Source: Adineta vaga
Lineage: Eukaryota; Animalia; Rotifera
Direction of reading: 5' to 3'
Assembly: GCA_021613535.1 (NCBI GenBank)
Contig: CP075497.1
Coordinates: forward strand, 1,364,001-1,428,000
DNA: 64,000 bases
Shown here: in pieces, positions 53,042-64,000 of the stretch
How the letters are laid out: every line of letters starts with the position of its first letter
Numbering within the stretch: position 1 is the first letter of the stretch
Notes under the pieces: model-generated
Databases searched by the model: none
Seen by the model: the letters and a program-made list of their open reading frames with translations, nothing else
Told to the model about the DNA's origin: nothing
Made by a program: the position numbers and the translations under genes

Positions 53042-54402
53042 TTATTCCATAAGATTGTTAATATCTGTACTAGTTGATGGTGGTCGTGGTCTTTGAAAAT
53101 CAGTTGTTGTTGATGAACTATGTTCATTAGCTAAATTCTGATTTGATGATGGACTTGAAACAGTTCTCGAACGTGATAAATGTTGTTGAGATGAGCTTGT
53201 TCTTTGTTGTTTAGGAAAAGCTTTCATTCGTTCATTTAATGCACGTTCTTCATCCATTTCTAGTGAGGATTCACTTTCACTTAATTGACGACAAAGTTGT
53301 TCACGACGATCAACCTAAAATCGAATAAAAGATAAAAGAGAAAAGAAGAAAAAGAAGAACAATTTACTTCAAGTTGTAATTTTCTTTGTAAACGTAAATT
53401 TTCATTTCTAATATCTTGTTCTTCTCGTACAAGTTGTTCCATTTTTTCTCGATGTGATTCTTGTGTAGAATTCAATTCTCTTTTTAATTTTTCTACTTCA
53501 CGTTTTAATTGTTGAATATGATCAACATTTGGTAATGAAAGACGATTTGTTAATTGAGGATTTGAACGATTTGGTAAGATTTCATCAGTTGAAATCATTG
53601 TTGAACTAATATTTACATTTGTTGAATCAATTGATGAAGATGGAGGACATTCCTTGAAGAAATAAAAGAAAGTTTTAAAGGGAAACGAAAAGAAAAGAAA
53701 AGAATATTACAAAATGATTTTGATCTGGTTGTTCAAGTTTTTGTTGAAGTAATCTTTTATCTGTTTCTAATTTTTCCATTCTTTTCCATAAACGATTTAC
53801 TAACGATTCTTGTTCTTTTTCTAATGTATTTTCTAATTCAATTTTTTCTCGTTTTAATTGTTCCAAAGTATTTTGTTTATTAATCGTTTCTGCTTCTAAT
53901 CGTTTAATTCTTTTCAATAATTTATTAATTTGTGAAGCTTGTTCTTGTTCAAGTGAATGTTCTAGTGATTGTTTTTCTTCTCTTAATTGTTGTAATTTTC
54001 TTGATAAATCATTTGTTAAAAATTCTTCTTCTCTTTCATAATTATTTGCTAAAGTTTCTTTTTCTTTTTTTAATTCTTGAATTTTTTTCAATAACGTATT
54101 CGAAATAAATTCTTCTTCTTGTTCAGCTTTAGCTTGCATATGAACACTTGCACTAAAAGAAAAGATTTATTTATTTATTTATTTATTAGAAGATAAACTA
54201 TGAATTTATATCTTAACTGTTTTAATTGTTTGATTTCTTGTTGTGAACCTTTTAAACGTAATTTAAATGTTTCAAGTTCAACTTTAAGAACTCGATTTTC
54301 TTGTGTTAATGAATCAATACGTTTTATTAAATGTTCACGATTAATTGTTGTTGAATCAGCTATGGATGAAACATCAGATTCACATTCACTATCGGTTTGC
54401 AT
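53042..54402 (-). CDS. CCDC6: Coiled-coil domain-containing protein 6
   Basis: [44 protein letters not shown] and [13 protein letters not shown]. Confidence 0.95.
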
Positions 54403-54748
54403 TGAATGAATTAAACTAAATGAAAAGAATGAAATTTGAAATAATTAAATTCTTTGTTTCTTAATTACTTTTCACCACTCATTTTTATTCTTTTGCGACG
54501 ATTCGATTCTTTCATTAAGAAAATATTCCTTTCCTCTAAAATGATTCGTTTTAACACATTTATGCACTTGAAATTCAAATAAAGAAAATATGAATTGATT
54601 TCGATTTGAATGAAGAAAAAAAAGGAATTTTTTTAGGAAATTCAAATTGAAAATGTTTGATTTATTTTTGAAAAACAAAAACGAATAAAATCAGATGGAT
54701 AATTCACGTGCTTTAAAGAAAAAGGAATAAAACAAAAGAAAACGTGAA

Positions 54749-56383
54749 ATGATTTTCCTTTTATTTTTTGTAAGTTTTTCAATTAATTTCTTTTCTTGTT
54801 CGAAAACATCAAATCTGTTTTTCTCAAAGATTTGTTTAAATATTTCTTCAATCTCAACACGTGCAATACAAATTACAAATGAGAATATTCAATCAATTAT
54901 TTGTAAAATAACATCTTTTTCTTGTGTCTTTTATAATTCTTTTCTCTTTTTTTTCTTTCAAAAAGCATCCAATGAATTCGTTTTGATTAATTTTTATGCG
55001 AATTGGTGTCGATTTAGTCAAATATTGAATCCAATTTATGATCAATTAGCTGAGAAAGTTAATCAAGAATATACGGTTTGTTTCGTCTGCTGGTTTTTAG
55101 TCAAATTTATTTGATAAATTTAGAAAAAAAATGTGATTTTAATTGGAAAAGTTGATTCTGATAAAGAAGGTAAGAAATGAAATGATAAAAGGAAAATCAA
55201 TTTTTTATTCTTTTAAGAGTTACTTACGAAAAAATATCAAGTCAATAAATATCCAACATTGAAATATTTTCGACATGGAATTCTTGTTAAACGAGAATAT
55301 CGAGGATCAAGGTAAAGTTATTTAATTTTGAATTGAAATTTTATATTTGTTTTTATTTTTCAAAGAAATTTTGATTCTTTATTAAATTTTATTCATGAAC
55401 AACTTCAATCACCAATTCGAAATATCAATGAAATTGATAGAAAATCTTCATTTATTATTGGATATTTTCATAATCAACAATCAGAAAATTATCAAATATT
55501 TTCCAAAATTGCAAATCTTCTTCGTGATCATTGTCATTTTGTTCATTCAATTAATACTGAATTAGAAAATGAATCAATTTATTATCATCCATCTGAAGTA
55601 AAGAGAAAATATTTTTCTTAAATAAAATTCAATTGATAAATTTAGTTTTCCAATCAATTCAATGAAAGTTATAAAGGAAAATTAAATGATGAAAATCAAT
55701 TCTATACTTGGTCTCATAATAAATGTACAGAATTAGTTCGTGAAATAACATTTGAAAATGCCGAAGAATTAACAGATGAAGGTTTACCATTTCTTATTTT
55801 ATTTCATCATCCCAATGATTCTCAATCAATTCTTTTATTTAAACAACAAGTTCAAAAACAACTTCAACATCAATTAGGTAAAGATTTTTCTTTTCGAAAA
55901 TTTCTTTCTTTTATTTCTTCTTTTTTCCAGGAACAATCAATTGTTTACATGCTGATGGAACGAAATTTACTCATCCATTAAAGCATTTAAATAAACAAAT
56001 ATCGGATTTACCATTATTAGTTATTGATACTTTTAAACATATGATTCTGTTTCCAGATTTTAATCTCATTTCGTAAGAAATTTGCCGTTCTCGTTTTCGA
56101 AAGAAAATCTTTTCGTTTTAGAATTAATGGAAAATTATTAGAATTTGTTAAAGATCTTCATTCAGGAAAACTTCATCGAGATTTTCATCAAACATCAATT
56201 AATATTGAAGTAAAGAGTTCTTTTTCTCCAAATGAAATTTCTCCAAAATTCATTTTTGTTTTTTTCTAGGAAAATCTTGATACCGGTGATGTAATAAATA
56301 GAAAGAATACTAATCCACTTGAATCGATATTTATTCATTTGAGTCCAAGTCGAAAACGTTATTCATTTCGTGATGAATTATAA
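54749..56383 (+). CDS. ERP44: ER resident protein 44
   Basis: Thioredoxin motif FYANWCRFS; VREITFENAEELTDEGLPFLILF; C-terminal RDEL. Confidence 0.95.
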
Positions 56384-56451
56384 AGCAAATCTATTTACTT
56401 TTTTTTGTCATTTGTTTTAGATAAAAAAACAAACTTTCATTTTCTAATTGA

Positions 56452-57442
56452 ATGCGTCGGCATCGTCAGATAGCAATTTTAGGATATCCAGGTGTTGGGA
56501 AATCTTCTCTTGCTCATCATTTTGTTTATAAACAATATCATGATGAATATGATCCAAATATCAAAACAAGTTGGAAATTTATTCGATGAAATTTACAAAA
56601 AAACAAATTCTTCTTATTTAGATCTTCAATACCAATGTGATATCAATGGAAGAGAATATGATTTAACAATCATTGATAATGCTGGATCAGATCAATATAC
56701 AATTAATCATAGTGATTTAGAAAATAGTGATGCATATATTCTTGTTTATGCTATTGATGATAAACAAAGGTTTGACATTGATTAAAATGAATTTATATAA
56801 GTACTAGCGGACGTGTCTGATGTTTCGATGTCGAAAATAAAGCTTGAATTTTGATCCTCTTTCAGTCTATAAGCTCTCATGTGATAGTTTGTTTGAGTTT
56901 TTGATTAGAGACAAAATCTTATAATTTTTTCTTAGTTTTCAAATGGTTTCGAAAATTCGAGAGAAAATTTTCTCAACAAGTCCAATTACAAAGTGAGATT
57001 TGATTTGAATTTTTCTTTTGAAGAATTTTATTTTGTTTTTAGAATTCCAATTGTTTTAGTTGGAAATAAAATCGATCGAACTGATGAAAGGTAAATGAAA
57101 GAATTTAAATGAAGATTTTCAACAAATGTTTATTTGTTTTAAGAGTTGTATCAAATGAAGAAGGACAAACTTTAGCTAATAAATGGAAAATACAATTTAT
57201 TGAAACATCTGCTATGGATTTTAAGGTTTGATTTACTTTTCTAAAAATCTAATTAAATTTTCAATTCTATTTAGAACGTTGAAGAAATCTTTTCGAAAAG
57301 TTTTAAATCGATGGATAATATTGATATAGTTGATAATCATTCGAATTCGAATTCGAATCCATTCAATGATTTTATTGAACAAAAAAGTTTTTCATCTCGA
57401 ACAAAGAATTCGTCAACAAATAAATCTTGTTCAATCTCTTAA
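56452..57442 (+). CDS. Rheb-like small GTPase, divergent
   Basis: RQIAILGYPGVGKSS, YDPNI, DNAGSDQY, LVGNKID, ETSA; CAAX box CSIS. Confidence 0.8.
56804..56911 (-). mobile_element. Possible tiny non-autonomous Helitron in an intron of the Rheb-like gene
   Basis: Minus strand starts TC(TCTAAT) and ends CTAG|T, with a subterminal palindrome tttcga-ca-tcgaaa; the host intron is ~165 nt versus a typical 50-60 nt. Confidence 0.4.
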
Positions 57443-57617
57443 AGAAGATTCTCTTTTTTTTTTCTTGTATATAGATTTCCATTTTCTTTTTCTTTTCTTT
57501 ATGATTTGATTATTCAGTGATGATGAAAAAAAAAACAAACGATCAGATATATGAACAGTAAAAGAGATTTGTTTATTTAGATTTGAAATGATTTAAAAAA
57601 AAAAGAGGAGAAAAAAA

Positions 57618-58973
57618 ATGACATTTGAAAATTTTCTTAATTGGACGGTTTCAATTGATTGTGGATCATCAATTGGAAATTATCAAGGAGAAATTAAATC
57701 AATTGATGGTATTAATCAAACATTAACATTAAAAAATGCATTTCTTAATGGAATTTTACTTGATCAAGAATTAATTATAATTAAATCGAAAGATATCTTG
57801 GATTTAAATCTTTTATCTCAACCTGGTTCATCATTTCAAATTCCAAAACCAATTCCAAAAAAGTCAAATCAAGATCTATCTCAACAACAATCAAAACCTG
57901 CACCGATTGCAAATAATAATGGTCTTTTCTTCGACAGAGATTTCTAGAAAATTAAATCGTCAATTTCATTTTCTTTTAGGTAATAAATCGAATCGAAATA
58001 GTTCATTAAAATCTTGGTCAGATGAAGATATCAATGAAGAAATGAAAAATCGTTTGATAATTGAATCATCAACAAAAACAAGTCAATTATCAGATAAATA
58101 TCGTTGTGATCAAATGATTCTTGAACATAATAACGGACCAATTGATTATGAGCAAATTCAATTACCTGTTCCAACAACAAAAAAATATTTAACAGGTTTT
58201 CTTTAACAAGAAACATTTTTTTAAGCAAAAAAGAATTCATTTTAGATGAAGGTTTAATCATTCCTGCAATAAATACAGAATTACGTGATAAATTATTTAA
58301 TGCTGGTGAATATTATGGTTATTCAAAAGAACGTCGAATAGAATCGATGGGTCGTTGTACAAGTGATATGTGTTTGCATTTATTAGGTGGTACACAAAGA
58401 TTATTAGTTAAAAATCGTCATCAACATCCAACAATAATAGTATTAGCATGTTTAACAGAAATTCAAGGTGCATATGCTATATCAGCTGGAAGAATTTTAG
58501 CATCAAGAAATATTCGAGTTTATTTATATTTACAACCAAATACAAATTTAATTCGAAATAATCTTGTTGAAAATGAATTACAATTATTTCAAACAACTCA
58601 AGGAATTTTAACAACTAATGTTTCAGATCTTCCTCATTCACCAGTGGATTTAATTCTTAATGGATTAGATTCAGCAAATAATTCCGATTCTGTTTTATTT
58701 GCTAAACCATGGTATCGTGAAATAGTTCAATATTGTTCACGTTTACAAGCATCTGTTATTGGTGTTGATCCTCCATTAGATGGTGGAGCAATTGAATGTA
58801 AATATTCATTAGTACCATTATTACCACTTGTGGCAATGTCATCGAAAAATGTTGGAAGACTTTATTTATGTGATTTATCTTTTGGACAAAAAGTATTTCA
58901 ACATTTACATATTCGTTATGCTTCACCATTTGGAGCGAAATCATTTGTTGCTTTACATGAGAATTCAAATTAA
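57618..58973 (+). CDS. EDC3: Enhancer of mRNA decapping 3
   Basis: N-terminal LSm (VSIDCGSSIGNYQGEI), KYRCDQMILE linker, C-terminal YjeF-N (LLGGTQRL...GRLYLCDL...SPFGAKSFV). Confidence 0.92.
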
Positions 58974-59199
58974 ACATTCAACGCTCTTCTTCTTTTTTTT
59001 TTATCAAAACAAAACACATTCTCTTTCTTCTCTTTTTTCTTTGTATTTTTATTAAAAATTCATTAAAAAGATGATCAAAAGAAAAAGATTTTTTTAAAAT
59101 TATGAATTCAATTGATAAAAGATTTAATTTGGATTTCAGTATGTTATTGAAACTAATTAGATTTAATTCGGTGAGTTTCATTATTTCTTCTAGATACTG

Positions 59200-59625
59200 A
59201 TGGTTTCTTCTAATTTGTATATTTTTTTATTCTTTTTTTCTTCATTAATTTTATATTATATTTACTCTCAGATAATAGTAAAACGATCAATGGCTTCGAT
59301 AAGTTCCACTGAATATTCAGCTTGTTTAACAACTGTATCGAATGATGAAGAAGCACGAAAATTATCTCGATCAATTGTTGAATCGCATCTTGCTGCTTGT
59401 GTGAATATTATTCCAAATATTCGTTCTGTTTATGAATGGAAATCAACGATTCATGAAGATAATGAATTGATTTTATTAATTAAAACAAAAAAAGATCTTG
59501 TTCCAAAATTAATTGAATTTGTTAAAAAAAATCATTCATATGAAGTTCCAGAATTAATTGAATTACCTATTCAAAATGGAAATCCTGATTACCTCAAATG
59601 GATTGATGGAATTGTTAAACAATAG
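59200..59625 (+). CDS. CUTA: CutA family protein (alternative start at 59290)
   Basis: LAACVNIIP, SVYEWK, HSYEVPELI and YLKWI. Confidence 0.93.
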   Translation: MVSSNLYIFLFFFSSLILYYIYSQIIVKRSMASISSTEYSACLTTVSNDEEARKLSRSIVESHLAACVNIIPNIRSVYEWKSTIHEDNELILLIKTKKDLVPKLIEFVKKNHSYEVPELIELPIQNGNPDYLKWIDGIVKQ

Positions 59626-60885
59626 AGATTTTTTTAGAGAAAAGACTAAAATAAAATTTGACTCTTTTTTTTATTCGTTCTCTTTGTTCTTATCTCACGA
59701 AGACATCGTAGGTGTTGAGAAAATTATGTTCTTTCAATGACGATTGGGAGAAACGAGTTTGAATGAAATCGAAGTGTTATATATTATATGAAATAATATT
59801 GATTGTTAGCATAGATTCTGGGTACCAATCAAGAAATATCTACATAAAAAACTTCACATGTTGAAAAATCAAAGCAGATATCGATATCAATATGTTTAAA
59901 ATGTCTCTATTTGCAGTCTCTGTATTTCTCGCGGTGCATAGCAGAGAACGACAATTTATTCATGAAATCAATTAGCTAATGTATTAGTAGTTGAGTCAGG
60001 ACAATTATCAATTAACATTTTCATTTTCTCGTCTTAATTAACGATGACAAGATTCACATAAGAGACTGGATAAGAAGTTTAACGACATATCTTTACTTTG
60101 AATTTAAATTAGATGAGAGAATTTTACAATATACAATTTAACTTATGATCATTTTAACCCAGATGATATTTTATAAAATCTATCAGTAAATAATTGACTA
60201 ACTATTTATTTTAAAAACAAATCATATTGCTTTAAATTTAATGAAAAGTCTCTAAGTTATTTATTCAACATTACTTGTGGATATGATATTTCGATTTATT
60301 TAAAATATGTATGTAATTACATAATTGAATCTTAGTTAATTAGTAGTTATATACTCTTTCTTATATTATGGTTTTATAGTCACTGTTCTCGTTTCTTCTA
60401 CTAAATCCTAAACTTTTCAAATTTTCATGTTACTAATTGTTTATAACTTTTGAACGAACAACAAATATGAATATTAATCAAAATGATATCTAATGATAAC
60501 TTGATAGTTGTTAACAATCTATTGATGCGAACAACCAACTGATTTTTACATTAGAATTTGTATCAACAAAAGATTGATATATTTTACATTGTTATTGTAA
60601 GAAAAAAGTTTATCAAAACTTGTCGCGAGGATCATCGTATAATTCGTTCAGCTTCAATATTATCACATTTTACACATCATAGACGTTAGATATCGTTTTC
60701 ATCGGTCAGTTTATTACTTAGCATGTCCAAGTGATATTATATAACTAAGAACATATTGAACTGATGATTTTTGTTCATTGTTTCGACGTCAATATATGTA
60801 TTGACATGAAAAAATATCTCATTGCATTGCATATCAACATATAAATTTAGAAATTATACAAACACATTATTCTCTTCATTATTCA

Positions 60886-63023
60886 ATGACATTAATCACA
60901 TGTTTCGACGATTAACCAGATCTCTTCCTTATCGAACTGTTTCATTATTTATCTTCATTCGATATTCTTTGGTCATTTATGAATTTAGATAATCGTATTC
61001 GGCAAATAATTCATGAACGAGGTTTCTTTCGACGTATTAATTTATCATCAACATCTTTATATAAATTTGATAAACTTTTTACATTTCTTCCATTAACTCA
61101 AATTCAAACACTTGTTATTAATATCGAAGCATCATCTCTTGTACTTTCGCGCTTTCCTTATTTACCTTATTTAACTACATTACGATTGTATGGCTTACGT
61201 ACCTTGAAATATGCTTACAATTTTATTCTTCATCATTCACATTCACTTGAACATCTTACATTATAGACAGATGGTTTATTTCAACCCGTAAGTATAATTC
61301 CAGTTTATGATATGATTGCTATTAAACTAAGAAACATTTAGCAACATCATTATGTTTTTCTACTATAACATTTCATATTAAACTAGGTTTTCCCACAATT
61401 AGGAAAAAAATTTCATTAATTTATTTTTCTTGTTTTTCTAGTTTGGTTTTGCAGAATCTGTTCTCTACCCTCAAGAGCGTCTTGAAAAATTCATGGAAGA
61501 GATTCTACCACATTTAAATGTACTTCGTTCACTTGATTTTGGTCTAGGTATTGATACGGGTTTTCCATTATGGCATGTAACAACAATAGAATGTCCTCTT
61601 AATTATCTTCGTATGCCTTTACAGGACATAAAACAATTATGTCAACTTATGTCACTAGAAAAACCTTCAATTACATTGAAAGAATTACATGTTGCAATGC
61701 GTTATTTATGTCCAGGAGGTTGGAATGATTTACCATACGGATTAGCATTATCTAAAATGATTAATTTACATTCGTTCAGCTTAGTTCAATCAATATTTAC
61801 TGAAAATAGAATTGCATGGTCTACTATTGAATTTCTTACAGCTCCAAATGTGATGCCTGTACTTCGACAAATGAATTTGGTTTTTTTTATTACTATCAAA
61901 GAATTAAAATGTATTAATGAATCAACACTGTTCAATGATGATCGTTAAATTGATATTCAGTTTGCTTTTATTATGGATGAGAATTCCTTTACTATTCAAT
62001 TAAGTAAATATATACCAAATAGAAGTCGTTTTCATCCAAGACAAATAGTTGGCGTTACGTGTACACAAAATGTATTGAAACGAGAATATGAATACATGAT
62101 CAATCTCAATTGCTATGTGAGTATAATTATATATGTATATATCTGCTCGATTTCAGTTTAATAATAATATTATTTTTCTTTCGTTTCAGTTTGATCATCT
62201 CCCACAGACTTTTCATGTATGGTACACTTTACCATGGGCTTTTGATCAATTTTTTACATTGAAAAAGTCAAATCAATACATAACTAAAGTAGAAACATGT
62301 GCTCCATCACAATGCAATTCATCCATGATTTATACATCTCAACTTCGTACACTTGATATATCTCAAAATAAATCATTACCGTCAATTGTTTCAATGCCGC
62401 ATGTTGTTCAATTCAATCGTATTAATACAGTTCATTTGTCATTTCATGATTGACCTTCTGGTTTACATCTTTCAAATCTTCATCATATTACATTAACAAA
62501 TAATCTTACTGCATTAAAAACCGTCTCCTTATTTCCACGTACTATTCGTTCAATCCAACTAATATTTCATGCTCGTATGCCAAACTTTGTTTGTACTGAT
62601 TGGTCTGTTCTTCCTTCACTTTCGTCTTTATCAAAACTCACTTCATTACGAATCATTTTCCACGATATGAATATAAGTTTTGATGAAAATATTTGTCAAA
62701 TTATCGCTGAAACAGCATCAATACTTGTTCATTTTGACATTTGTTTTCGACGACAGTCCGATGTAATAACAGAACCTGATGATTTTAATCCACCTAATGT
62801 AGTAGAACCTTTCATTTGGGATATGTATAATATAGAACCTGATCTTGTTATTGGAGAGGACGGTAATCTTGGTGTTGGTGCTTTACGTTTTCAGAAATCA
62901 ATCATTATGAATTATCAAAAATCTATCGAAGAAATACACCGTCGCATTGTAAGTTTATCATTTTGTGTTAAACTGCTCATTGTTGTAGAAGAAGGAAAGT
63001 GTGGATTGACTGTTTGGTTCTAA
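60886..63023 (+). pseudogene. F-box/LRR-like gene with four in-frame stops (3 exons)
   Basis: MTLITCFDD*PDLFLIELFHYLSSFDILWSF F-box-like start, LxxLxL repeats and WYTLPW; stops at 60913, 61264, 61946 and 62451. Confidence 0.8.
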
Positions 63024-63229
63024 TTTTGTCATAATAAATAAATGATACAAATGAATTCTGTAAAATTTTCAAATAGATGATTTATTGAGGAACATATAAT
63101 GGAGATAGGAATGAATAGATAGAATAAATTAACAACTTTTTGTTTTTATTTTTCTTATTTATAAAATATTAGATTACGAAATATATCAAACTCCAATAAG
63201 TTAATTTTTCTTAACTGAATTATTTATTT

Positions 63230-63960
63230 TGTTGGTCAGTCATTTGTTGATAAATACGTGGAAGAATCTTTTAATTCGATTTCTTTGTCTGTTCAAGTTA
63301 TGTTTGAACTTTTTTTCCAATAAACTCAAATGATTTCCGATTGGTTTATTCTGAAAAGAAAAAAAACGAAAGAAATTTTTTAAAATTGAATACAAATTGC
63401 AATCATAGTATCAATAACTGTTTGATAATTGATTTAGTTCATTCGATGATCCATGAAATAAAAAACTTCACTTTTATTTTCTTCAGGACGATTTTCAAGT
63501 TTAAGATATTCTAAATGAATATTTACCAAATGAACAAATCTATTCAGAAAAAAAGATGAAAACAGATATTATCTCTTACTCTTTTTTTAAGATCTACAAA
63601 ATTGATTTTAACTGTTAAAACATCTTCATAACTATTATCAATCACCTACATTCGTTTCATATCGATTTGTATGTGTTATAAATGTGTAGGATAAGACATG
63701 GACAGTTTCAAGAATATGATAATATAGAGTTTCCTGTAGTTGATTTCACATGTTTGTAGGAAACGAAACTCATGTATTTTGATTCAGTAAGATTTTCTAA
63801 TCGAAGTTCTTTCTCAAACTGCTCCATAGCAGAGATTCGAGTAAACTCAATTTAACCTTACAAATCTTTCCGTTCTCATGCGAGAAATTTAGTTGATCTT
63901 TATTCTTTGATTTCGCAATGCTGAGAAATGATGATATTTTTTTTCATTAATAGAAAAGTG
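63230..63960 (-). pseudogene. Possible decayed multi-exon coding remnant, unidentified
   Basis: Intron-like spacers with splice signals separate coding-like stretches that contain stops; no family recognised. Confidence 0.25.
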
Positions 63961-64000
63961 TTGCTCTGGTAGATCAGTGTTGCCACCGATCCACACGATT

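Noticed and set aside
60886-63023. Stop-codon reassignment or readthrough as the explanation for the in-frame stops
   Set aside because: All three stop types occur, and neighbouring genes use the standard code.
63974-64000. cagtgttgcca resembling a DNA transposon end
   Set aside because: It is at the window edge, and no partner TIR or TSD is visible.

Overview
This is AT-rich, compact animal genomic DNA with many ~50-60 nt GT-AG introns. It is most likely a bdelloid rotifer; this is an inference from intron size, a bdelloid-type F-box family member and TGTGGG/TGAGGG hexamers. In order, the window holds: the 5' end of a BAR-domain gene; a tandem duplication of a bZIP + LETM1-domain segment with hAT/MITE remnants between the copies; Iroquois; a tightly packed ELL - XPNPEP1 - NitFhit trio; an atypical insulin-like peptide; an intact mariner; a ~9 kb gene-poor region of decayed transposons; a Cys-rich secreted peptide; tRNA-His; TM9SF1; TFIIA-gamma; an isolated Hox4/Dfd; an acidic secreted protein; a myristoylated Tyr kinase; LicD; a mucin-Ly6 protein; CCDC6; a tightly packed ERp44 - Rheb-like - EDC3 - CutA quartet; and an F-box pseudogene. 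The best candidate for an undescribed system is the two co-oriented clusters with 31-226 nt intergenic gaps and unpaired splice acceptors, which look like SL trans-spliced operons. The second candidate is a structured GC-richer island ending in telomere-type repeats (52674-52826). All exon boundaries and alignments were read by eye.
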